A DNA stretch of 64,000 bases, taken from IMG/VR virus record IMGVR_UViG_3300032053_000045, positions 9,818-73,817 of that record. The stretch is one strand, 5' to 3'. Of this stretch, positions 28,535 through 37,026 are shown one piece after another. How positions within the stretch are numbered: the first letter of the stretch is position 1; each line of letters starts with the position of its first letter. A program made the translations under genes and the position numbers. This DNA is from a virus. The notes beneath the pieces were generated by a model. It saw only the letters and a program-made list of their open reading frames with translations. It did no database searches and was not told the origin of the DNA.

Positions 28535-31500
28535 ATGCGTACATCATTCAATTTTGGGTGATGTTAAACTCTACTATATCGGAGGAAGGTTTAAAAGAAA
28601 CTAATAAATCAATTCCGAGGAAAGACTGGAATACTCCAGAATCCGTAGAGACTATACGTAGAGCTTCCTGAAAAAGGAAGAAGATATAGTCCAAACTGAA
28701 GATATAAATAAAACTTCAGAGGAATTCAGAAATGAAATTCCCGCCTTGAAAAAAGGTTAATAAGTAATAGAATGTGAAAAAGCTTAAATCTGTGTTTTGG
28801 AGCTTTTAAAATTTGGCTATATGCTGGGACCTCCAATACTGGACAATCAGCAGGAAAGACTCTTAAAAAAGAGAATCCTCAGAGACTATACGCCAAACAT
28901 CTCGTACGCATTCCAGGAAAAAGATGATGATATAGTCCGTTCTATATGGTGACATATAGAGGCAAGTAGAAATATTTGCCCGCCTTGTAAAAGGTAATAA
29001 AAGTAACACGAAGTGAATACAGTTGCCGGAACGGGTGGAGATACCTTGATCCCGCGTTTGGCGGATTTTTAATTTGGTCCGCTTTAAATTGAGCTAAATC
29101 GGTGAACATCTTTTTCTAAAGACAATACCGAGGAAAGACTGGAATACTCCAGAATCCGTAACGACTATACGCTCAACATTGGAATAAAATCCATAAAGAT
29201 ATAGTCTAAACTCCAACTATAGATAAAATTGGAGAGGAATTCAGAAATGAAATTCCCGCCTAAAAAACTTTAGGTTATTAAAGTAATAGAATGCAAATCA
29301 TTCCGTTTTTAAAATAAGCGGAATTCAAATTGGGCTAATTCGGTAAAAACCTGAAAGAGAAAATTTTTCAGGCAATACCGAGCTAAATTCAAGAACAATC
29401 TTGATAAAAGTGTAGAGACTATAAACCCGATGCTAATTCCTTTAATTAGTAATGATATAGTCCAAACTGCAAATATAAAAATTAAATTGCAGAGATAAGA
29501 AGAAATTCTTATCCGCCTCTTAAACAAGAGGTTATAAAAGTAATAAAATGTTATCCGGCAGAAATCGTGTTTAAATATGCGACTTTGAGTAGAGATGCTC
29601 ATCGAAAATCTCGTAAATTGCTGGAAAATCTTAACAGTCTACTAAACTACAAAGTAATTTCTTTAAAATGAAATAAACTTGAATGTTTAAAAATTAGTAG
29701 AATTAGACAATCAGCAGGGAAGCTCGAAAGAGAACCTTCAGAGACTAGAGACGAGACATCTGAAAAGATGATGATATAGTCCGAACTTCAAAGAGATTTG
29801 AAGAGTTCTGTTTTAAAAAAACAGAGAGTAACACAATTGATATGCGCCAATTCCTCCCAACATTCGTATTAACTTGCGACTTTGAGTAGAAATACTCATT
29901 GAAAAATTCCGTAAATTGCTGGAAACCCCGAGTATATTTTGGTACAGAAAAATTAAATATTCTGTAAAAATCCAAAATTGCGGACAATCAGCAGCCAAGC
30001 TTCCTCTAAGGAAGAAGGTTCAGAGACTAAAGACGGAACTTCTGAAAAGAAGATGATATAGTCCGATCTTTATAGCGATATAAAGAGTTGATAGAGAGAA
30101 AATATTTTTCTATCAGAATAACAGAAATGAATGCCGACCCAAGTTTATAGATTTCCTAAGTTAAGTGCTGGTTGATTTTATTGCAGCCACTTCAAGAAGA
30201 AATTCTTGTCGAATAAGCAACTATATCGGGGGAACTCTTCAAGAGAATAAATCTGAAGACAATCCCGACGGAAGAGAATACCAGAAATGGTGGAAAAAAC
30301 TCCCGCTAGAGACTACACGTTGCAACCTTGAATAAAGGTTATGATATAGTCCAAACTGCATAGTGATATGCAGAGGAATTCAGAAATGAAATTCCCGCCT
30401 AAAAAACTTTAGGTTATTAAGTAATAGATTGAGCAATGTTTATTATGTTGGTGAGGCGATTGCGGCTCCAGAATCGGCAATGAGTACCGGAACCGTGGAA
30501 TTGACTGCGAAGAAATTAATGGTTGATTTTAATGCAGCCACTTTTGAGAGAAATCTCAATTGAAAAATCTTACTATATCGGTGAAACTCTCGAAAACTAT
30601 GATATAATATAACTATGGGGCTAAGAAGAGCTTTATAACCTCTTCGAAGGTGCCTAAATCACCAAGCCCCTTCTTTACCTATTTAGGAGGTAATAAATGA
30701 ATAAATTTAGAAAATGTTTGTATTGTGATAATTTAGTTAAAGTAAATAAACCTCATATTGCCAGAATTCTTTGTCAAGAATGTAAAGATAAGAAAAACAT
30801 TCCTATTTTTAAAGATATTCAGGGGATAGAAAATGTTAATTATGTGATTTGCAAAATTTGCGGATATAAAAGTACGCAATTATTTTGGCATATTAAAAAA
30901 CATCACAAATTAACAGGTAAACAATATAGATCTTTATTCCCTGGAGAAAAATTAATGATTTCTTGGAATTTAGGATTAACATCTGAAACAGACATTAGAG
31001 TTAAGAAAAATGCTGAAAATTCTGGTAAGGTTAGAAAAGGAAAGAAAAATCAAAAATCCAGTGAAACTAAGAAGAAAAAATTTAAATTGGGTTTATTAAA
31101 AATTTGGAATAAAGGCTTAACAATAGAAGATCAAAGAGTTAAAAATTATACAAAAAATCGTGAAAAGACAATAAAAGAAAAATTTGCTTCTGGTGAATTA
31201 GTTGTTTGGAATAAAGGACAGACAAAATATTCACACCCAAGTATAGCTAAGTCAATAATAACAAGACGAGAAACGATGGCAAAAATTTAGCTTTAGATCC
31301 TCATTATTATGATCTTGACTTTGGTGAACCAAGTAATTTAGATTTAGCTCTATATGCCGAGTTAGAAAAACATAACATAAAATATATTCCACAATATTAT
31401 TTCGTTTGTTCTGAATTAGAAACAATAATAGATGCGTTTATAGAACCAAATATTTGTGTTTATGTAGATGGTACATATTGGCATAGTCCTGGTCATATGA

Positions 31501-34500
31501 GAAGTAAAGATAGTTATCAAAAACTTATTCTAAGAAATAAAGGATTCATTCCTTTAAGATTTTCTGAAGAATATTTTTATTCAAACAAACATTTAGTTAT
31601 AGAAGAAATTAAAAAAGTTATTCGAGACAATACCGAGGCAACCTGAGAAATCAGAGAGTCCGTAGAGACTACACGTAAGAATCCTATCTAATCACATAGG
31701 AAAAAGATATAGTCCGAACTCTATAGTGATATAGAGAGATAAATAGAAATATTTACCCGCCTCGAAAGAGGTTATAAAGTAACAAATTTGTGCCCTCGCC
31801 ATCAGTGCCGAGTTACAAGAGGATAAATTGTTGTCCTCTAAAAATTGTATTAAAACGGTGAAACGCTTCGAGAATATATGTTATAATTAATAGGGGCTAA
31901 GATTGACCTCATGAATCAATCGACGGTTGCCCTAACAACCAAGCCCTTCTTTACCTTAGGGGGTATGAAATGAAGAATGATAAGATTCAATGTCCAATTT
32001 GTAAAAATTGGTATCATAATTTGACAGGAAAACATTTGCAAAAACATGGTTATAATTCAGTAAAACAGTTTTTATTAGATTATCCTAATTCTAAAACAAT
32101 ATCTAATAGAGTATCAAAAATTCTTTCAAAACATTGGCATAAGAAATTAAAACCAATGCGTAAAGAAATAGGTAGAAAATCTAGTGAGACTAAAAAAGAA
32201 AGATTTAAACTAGGTTTATTGGAACCTTGGAATAAAGGATTAACTAAAGAGACTGATAAAAGAATTAAGAAAAATGGTGAAAGTGTTTCTAATACATGGA
32301 AAAGAAAATCAAAAAGGGAAAAGAAAAAATATGGAAAAGTCGTCAGCAAAAGATTAAAAGGTAGAAGTTGGAAAGATCTTTGGGGTGAAGAACAAGCAGA
32401 AATAAGAAGTGAAAAACAAAGTAAGAGGTTGAAAGGAAAAGGTAGTCCTTTTTATAAAGATGGAAGATGTTCAGATAAATTAAATTATATTAATGATTAC
32501 GGACCAAATTGGCCAAAGATAAGAAAGGCTATTTATAAAAGAGATAATTGGACTTGTCAAGAATGTTTGGCAAAAGATAGAAAAGTACTTTGTCATCACA
32601 TAATAGATTATTTTGATTTTCCGGTAGAAAAAAGAAAAGAATTTGCTCACCATGGATTGAATTTAATTACATTATGTTTTTCTTGTCATTCAAAATTAAT
32701 TAACAAAAAGATTCTTAAAGTCAATACCGTGAGGTATTTAGAGATTACAAAATCTAAGTATCTTGTAACGACTACGTATTCAAAGGCAACTTTGAGTGCT
32801 ACGTACAACATGCTAAAAAGCATGATGATATAGTCTAAACTGTAGACATAATTCATAAACTGCAGAGATAAGAAGAAATTCTTATTCGCTTATTTCAGAA
32901 TTAGGTTTTCTAAATAAGTTATTAAAGTAATAAATTGGCAATTTTGCCGATTGTGCCAGTTGTCAGAGATGACATGGCCAAAGCGTTCGCGCTGGCAGAA
33001 GAAGATGTGTTCGAATTGATGAGCACCTTTTGAGAGAAATCTCAATCGAAAATTCTACTATATCGGTGGAACTCTTTGTAATCTATTTGAAATCTATGAT
33101 ATAATATAACTATGGGGCTAAGTTTGAATTAATTACTCAAACGAGGTTGCCTGAACAACCAAGCCCCGTTACTTTTCAGGAGGTAAATATATGGTTTTTC
33201 CAAAAGGAAAAAAGTTTCCAAAATCTGGTATTGAAAAATTAAAAAAGACTTTCAAAAAACGTAAAGAATTAAAATTACACATAGGAACGAAGAAGATCAA
33301 TGAAAAAAAGATTAATTATTGTTTAAATTGTGACAAAGAAATAATCGTTTCTGTAAATGGGTGTAATAAGGATAAGAAATTTTGTTCTTCAAGCTGCGCT
33401 TCTTCTTACAATAATAAAATTAGATGGAGCGATAATGAAAAGAAACAAAATTGGATAAGAAAAATCAATGAGACAAGAAAAAATAATAATAGTTATCATA
33501 CTGGAAGTTTAAAAGCAATTCAAACCAGAAGACAAAATAATAATTTATATAGTTGGAACACAGGTTTAACAAAAGAAACTGATGAACGTTTGAAAAAAGC
33601 TAGTGAAAAACAAAGTAAAGATAGGAAAGGAGTTTCTTGGGTAGATCGCTTTGGAGATGAAACAGCAAAAGATATGAAAAGACAAGCTAGACAGAGATTG
33701 ACAGGTATGATTATCGACGGAAAATTAGAATTAAATTATGGTTTAGAATGGATAAAAATCCGAAAAGAAATTTTAATTAGAGATAATTACACTTGTTGTG
33801 TTTGTAATGTTGAAAAAGCTGAAAAAGTTCATCACATTGTTCCATATAGAATTATTAAAAAACATGAGAAATTTTTATTAGTATCAGTTTGTAAAAAATG
33901 TCATTTAAAAATAGAACCAAAGAATATACCGACGGAAGAGATTACCTTTGAATCGTATATAAATTATTATATAAATAAAGGTGGAAAACTCCCGCTAGAG
34001 ACTACACGTAGAACCCCTATAACGGGTGATGATATAGTCCGAACCTCAGATATAAAATAAAACTGAGGAGTTATCTAGAAATAAGATAACCTCTTAAGAA
34101 ATTAAGAAGTAACAAAATTGTTATCAATGGTAACACGGCTGGTGCTTTTGCGGCTAACGACCCTAAGTTTGCATGGATATGAAAAATATTTAGTGCCTTA
34201 CAAGAGAAATCTTGTATAGAAAATTCAGAGAATTGCTGGAAGATCCTAAGAGCTTGTTTAACTACAAAGTAGATTCTGTAAAATGAATCAAGCTTGATAG
34301 TTTGAAAATAAACAAGATTGGATAATCAGCAGGGGAGCCCGAAAGGGAACCTTCAGAGACTATGTACTGAACTTCCTGAAAAAGGAAGATGATATAGTCC
34401 GTACTTTAGGGAAACTTAAAGAGTTCTGTTTAATAAAACAGAGAATAACACAATAGTCAATGGTATTCGGATTTCAGGAACTGGTACAGATGTCAATGCT

Positions 34501-36314
34501 AGCTCGGCTGCACTTACGCTCGCGAACATCTCGACTTCAATTCAAAATTTGGGCGTCTACGGACGCGACAAATCAGAATTGCTGCTCGTCGTTTCGTTGA
34601 GAGAAGAAAGCAGACTGCGTCAGCTACTTGGTATCAATCTGGCGGTCAACGCACTTGGCCTTACCGGTACGGCACTTCCGGGAGAGATCGGTAAAGTCTG
34701 GGGGGTTCCTGTAGTTGCTACAAACCTCTTACCTACGACTCTTGCCCCGGGAACCTTGTCTGTGGCCCTGATGATCAACAGAAATTGTGCAGTTATTGGT
34801 GGAAAAATTCGCCAATGTAAAAACTCGTAAATTCGGTGGAACTCCTGCAAAGGACAATACCGAGCCAAGCTTAATAGAGAAACTCTCGAAATAGAATTTT
34901 TTTATTATGAAGGTGTAACGACTATACACGAGTCTTCTTTAGAAAAAAGAATGAAGATATAGTCTGAGCTGAATAGTAATATTCAGATGTAGACAGAAAT
35001 GATCTACATTTGGAAGATAAATTCTTCCAAGATAACAGTCTGGATAGAAGGATCTTCACAATCAAGTCCTCAAATACATCTGGGGTCTTATAAAAAACTT
35101 CGAGAATTGCTGGAAGCCTTTAGAGCTTGTTTAACTACAAAGTAACTTCTCAAATGAAGTAAACTTGAATGTTCTAAAAATAAACAAGATTAGGTAATCA
35201 GCAGCCGAGCCCGTGAGGGAAGGTTCAGAGACTATGCACGAAGCATTTGTTAAAAATAGATGATGATATAGTCCGATCCTTGTTGAAAAACAAGCAAATT
35301 TTATTATGGGTCTAAGTTGAGAATAATTAACTCCATGTATAAAATTTTGGAATTAAAAATATGCAGATGAGATTTTGATTAGGTCCGATCAGTTAAAACA
35401 TAATAGCTGCTTCATAAAGAAATTTATGAATGGGACTTGGCTAATTCGGTGAAACTCCAGAAGTGGAAAACACCGAGCTAAATTGAGAAGAGAGTTTCTC
35501 TCTCATAAATGTGTAACGACTATATACCAGGCATCCTAAAAGGATGAAGAGATAGTCTGATCTACAAATATAACCAAATGAAATTGTAGAGTTGGTAATT
35601 CTTATACTTCGTCAATATAAGACAATCCAACACTCAGAAATGAGTTAACAAAATGTACTTGTCGTCGCGTCCGAAAGGATTATGAAAAATTAGTCCGTTT
35701 AGATAGAAATATCTAAATAAAATAATCTCGAAAATTGCTGGAAGGTCATGAGAGTCAAACAAGCTACAAAATGAATCCTTAAATGGATTGAGTTCGAATG
35801 CTTTAAAAATTGTTTGAATTTGATAATCAGCAGCCGAGCCCGAAAGGGAAGGTTCAACGACTACGCCCGAGACATCTCTAAATGAGATGATGATATAGTC
35901 TGATCTTATGGGAAACCTTAAGAGTTGACAGGAAATGTTTCTTGTCAGAATAACACAAATGTGGTTTCGCTATGCAATACGCCGACGCCTCGGTTCGGAT
36001 TATTAATATAAATAGTTCCATTTAAGAGTAATCTTAAATTGCAAACTCAGAGAATTGCTGGAAGGTCCTTAGAGCTTGTTTAACTACAACATAATCTATG
36101 TTATAATAGATAAGTGTGAATGTTTGAAAATAAACAAGATTGGATAATCAGCAGCCGAGCCCGAAAGGGAAGGTTCAGAGACTATGTACTGAGTTTCCTC
36201 GAGAGAGGAAAATGATATAGTCCGATCTCATAGGAAACTATGAGAGTTGTAGAGAGAATATTTAAAAATATTTCATCTGCAGAATAACACAAATGTATTA
36301 ATATCGCACCTTAG
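28535..36314 (+). CDS. Major capsid protein (HK97 fold, 305 aa), split by 16 group I introns
   Basis: join(28535-28548,28775-28785,29014-29066,29294-29306,29551-29568,29840-29867,30130-30172,30432-30523,31791-31824,32938-33010,34121-34174,34457-34800,35043-35070,35364-35393,35656-35680,35962-36000,36296-36314) = 918 nt with no internal stop. AAGGAGG RBS; lies directly after the prohead protease; HK97 motifs GG..IP, VGE, V.L..KKL, IS.EL.ED, ING, GVPVV, ER.GF. Confidence 0.93.
28549..28774 (+). ncRNA. Group I intron 1 (226 nt)
   Basis: P1 acatcatt/gggtgatgt with U.G; P3 ctctac/gtagag; P7 gagact/gatatagtcc; ends aatG. Confidence 0.9.
28786..29013 (+). ncRNA. Group I intron 2 (228 nt)
   Basis: P1 aaaagctt/gagctttt; P3 tttggc/gccaaa; P4 tgctgg/tcagca; P7 gagact/tagtcc. 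Confidence 0.9.
29067..29293 (+). ncRNA. Group I intron 3 (227 nt)
   Basis: P1 gcggat/gtccgc; P3 ttgagc/gctcaa; P7 acgact/tagtct. Confidence 0.9.
29307..29550 (+). ncRNA. Group I intron 4 (244 nt)
   Basis: P1 attccgt/gcggaat; P3 ttggg/cccga; P7 gagact/tagtcc. Confidence 0.9.
29569..29839 (+). ncRNA. Group I intron 5 (271 nt)
   Basis: P1 tcgt/gcga; P3 tctcgt/acgaga; P/Q aattgctgg/aatcagcag; P7 gagact/tagtcc. Confidence 0.9.
29868..30129 (+). ncRNA. Group I intron 6 (262 nt)
   Basis: P1 tcgt/gcga; P3 ttccgt/acggaa; P7 gagact/tagtcc. Confidence 0.9.
30173..30431 (+). ncRNA. Group I intron 7 (259 nt)
   Basis: P1 tggt/gcca; P3 gcaac/gttgc; P7 gagact/tagtcc. Confidence 0.9.
30600..30690 (+). 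promoter_or_regulatory. Intron-internal extended -10 promoter plus RBS-masking pseudoknot
   Basis: TGATATAAT 30600-08; ggggct/agcccc; ggtg-cctaaat-cacc loop pairs with atttagg in atttaggagg. Confidence 0.75.
30697..31646 (+). pseudogene. Intron-encoded endonuclease (Zn finger, NUMOD3, Vsr/DUF559-like), split by a -1 frameshift near 31285
   Basis: ORF 30697-31290 has WN.GLT repeats; the -1 frame 31287-31646 reads ...DAFIEPNICVYVDGTYWH...KD.YQ..IL..KG...LRFSE. Confidence 0.75.
31879..31964 (+). promoter_or_regulatory. Intron-internal extended -10 promoter plus RBS-masking pseudoknot
   Basis: TGTTATAAT 31879-87; ggggct/agccct; ggttg-ccctaa-caacc loop pairs with ttaggg in ttagggggt. Confidence 0.75.
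31970..32833 (+). CDS. Intron-encoded HNH homing endonuclease
   Basis: C..C..H..H finger, WNKGLTKETD, RDNWTCQEC...HHI...NLITLC..CH. Confidence 0.88.
   Translation: MKNDKIQCPICKNWYHNLTGKHLQKHGYNSVKQFLLDYPNSKTISNRVSKILSKHWHKKLKPMRKEIGRKSSETKKERFKLGLLEPWNKGLTKETDKRIKKNGESVSNTWKRKSKREKKKYGKVVSKRLKGRSWKDLWGEEQAEIRSEKQSKRLKGKGSPFYKDGRCSDKLNYINDYGPNWPKIRKAIYKRDNWTCQECLAKDRKVLCHHIIDYFDFPVEKRKEFAHHGLNLITLCFSCHSKLINKKILKVNTVRYLEITKSKYLVTTTYSKATLSATYNMLKSMMI
33097..33183 (+). promoter_or_regulatory. Intron-internal extended -10 promoter plus RBS-masking pseudoknot
   Basis: TGATATAAT 33097-105; ggggct/agcccc; ggttg-cctgaa-caacc loop pairs with ttcagg in ttcaggagg. Confidence 0.75.
33191..34060 (+). CDS. 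Intron-encoded HNH homing endonuclease
   Basis: C..C...FCS..C, WNTGLTKETD, RDNYTC..C....VHHI.P...LVSVC..CH. Confidence 0.88.
   Translation: MVFPKGKKFPKSGIEKLKKTFKKRKELKLHIGTKKINEKKINYCLNCDKEIIVSVNGCNKDKKFCSSSCASSYNNKIRWSDNEKKQNWIRKINETRKNNNSYHTGSLKAIQTRRQNNNLYSWNTGLTKETDERLKKASEKQSKDRKGVSWVDRFGDETAKDMKRQARQRLTGMIIDGKLELNYGLEWIKIRKEILIRDNYTCCVCNVEKAEKVHHIVPYRIIKKHEKFLLVSVCKKCHLKIEPKNIPTEEITFESYINYYINKGGKLPLETTRRTPITGDDIVRTSDIK
34175..34456 (+). ncRNA. Group I intron 11 (282 nt)
   Basis: P1 gcat/gtgc; P3 ttcag/ctgaa; P/Q aattgctgg/aatcagcag; P7 gagact/tagtcc. Confidence 0.9.
34801..35042 (+). ncRNA. Group I intron 12 (242 nt)
   Basis: P1 attggt/gccaat; P3 actcgt/acgagt; P7 acgact/tagtct. Confidence 0.9.
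35071..35363 (+). ncRNA. Group I intron 13 (293 nt)
   Basis: P1 aagtcct/gggtctt; P3 cttcg/cgaag; P7 gagact/tagtcc; divergent 3' (P9) region. Confidence 0.85.
35394..35655 (+). ncRNA. Group I intron 14 (262 nt)
   Basis: P1 cagt/gctg; P3 cttgg/ccagg; P7 acgact/tagtct. Confidence 0.88.
35681..35961 (+). ncRNA. Group I intron 15 (281 nt)
   Basis: P1 ggat/gtcc; P3 tctcg/cgaga; P7 acgact/tagtct. Confidence 0.9.
36001..36295 (+). ncRNA. Group I intron 16 (295 nt)
   Basis: P1 ggat/gttcc; P3 actcag/ctgagt; P7 gagact/tagtcc. Confidence 0.9.
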
Positions 36315-36474
36315 TTGTAAGACGATATTTCAGTTGAATATATCAACGGCAATGATGGAGGGGGTGCTTCAGACTAACCTCTAAAGTCCCCTCCTCTTGC
36401 AAAAGAAAATGATTTCAAAAAATAAATTTTAATTTAAAAGCTTCAGTGAAGCTGAAGTATAAGGAGGAAAAGAA

Positions 36475-36807
36475 ATGAAGTTTAAATTGTCAGAATCCGT
36501 TTCCCTGAATTGGAACCGGAGAGATGGAAAAGATACTGTTGATGCATACGAAATTAGGGCTGGTGTTTTTTCAGTCGATCTTCCTAAAGATGTTTCTGAG
36601 TATATGTTAGATTATTATAAAGATAAAATTCTGGACATCGACGATAAAAAAGAGGAAGTAAAACCGGTTGAAGAAGTAATTAAAGAAGTCAAAGCTCAAA
36701 GTGCAGAAAAAACAAAGAAATTTGAAGAGGAAAAAGCCGAGGAAGAGAAGCAGAAATCTAAACCTACACCCGGGTTATCTTTGGCTGACCTCGCTAAAAA
36801 CGCTTGA
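36475..36807 (+). CDS. Hypothetical protein downstream of capsid gene
   Basis: AAGGAGG RBS. Confidence 0.8.
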   Translation: MKFKLSESVSLNWNRRDGKDTVDAYEIRAGVFSVDLPKDVSEYMLDYYKDKILDIDDKKEEVKPVEEVIKEVKAQSAEKTKKFEEEKAEEEKQKSKPTPGLSLADLAKNA

Positions 36808-37026
36808 TAATATAGGTTAGATATGCCCTCCGAAGCCTTAGATTAAAATTTGTTTATCTTATAGCTAAAACATCACTTTCGCGTGTAGTCTGGTCACCTC
36901 AGAGGTGTGTTAATCCCAAAGACATAGAGATATATGTATTTCTTGTGAAAACATCTCTGGGGTCATCAGAGGTGTCGACTGTAGTGCTTGGTACTTCATC
37001 ATTAAAAATTATTAATCAATTCAAAA

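Larger units (their letters stand above)
30524..31790 (+). mobile_element. Group I intron 8 (1267 nt) with frameshifted endonuclease gene
   Basis: P1 tggt/gcca; P3 tcttac/gtaaga; P5 tctcgaa/ttcgaga encloses the ORF; P7 gagact/tagtcc. Confidence 0.9.
31825..32937 (+). mobile_element. Group I intron 9 (1113 nt) with HNH endonuclease gene
   Basis: P1 agaggat/gtcctct; P3 ttgta/tacaa; P7 acgact/tagtct; extra hairpin between P7 and P3. Confidence 0.88.
33011..34120 (+). mobile_element. Group I intron 10 (1110 nt) with HNH endonuclease gene
   Basis: P1 gtgt/gcac; P3 ttctac/gtagaa; P7 gagact/tagtcc. Confidence 0.9.

Noticed and set aside
29309-29998. Minus-strand ORFs 29309-29602, 29745-29987 and 29813-29998
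   Set aside because: Antisense to intron cores; their shared MSISTQSR text only reflects the duplicated 5' regions of introns 5 and 6
34549-34830. 93-aa ORF as a stand-alone gene
   Set aside because: It is part of capsid exon 12 reading into intron 12; no RBS
28549-36295. CRISPR array suggested by recurring gatatagtcc/gagacta motifs
   Set aside because: Motifs are short, 240 nt or more apart and match group I P7; no cas genes or repeat-spacer periodicity
28549-36295. Group II introns or inteins
   Set aside because: No GUGYG starts, domain V or reverse transcriptase; inserts contain in-frame stops; U/G boundaries are group I
28535-36314. Decayed capsid pseudogene or non-coding desert
   Set aside because: All 16 junction phases join into a stop-free 305-aa protein and the intron helices covary, which argues for function
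36357-36470. Seventh copy of the HEG pseudoknot (gcttcag/ctgaagt)
   Set aside because: Geometry differs, the pairing does not cover the RBS, and a local hairpin explains the match
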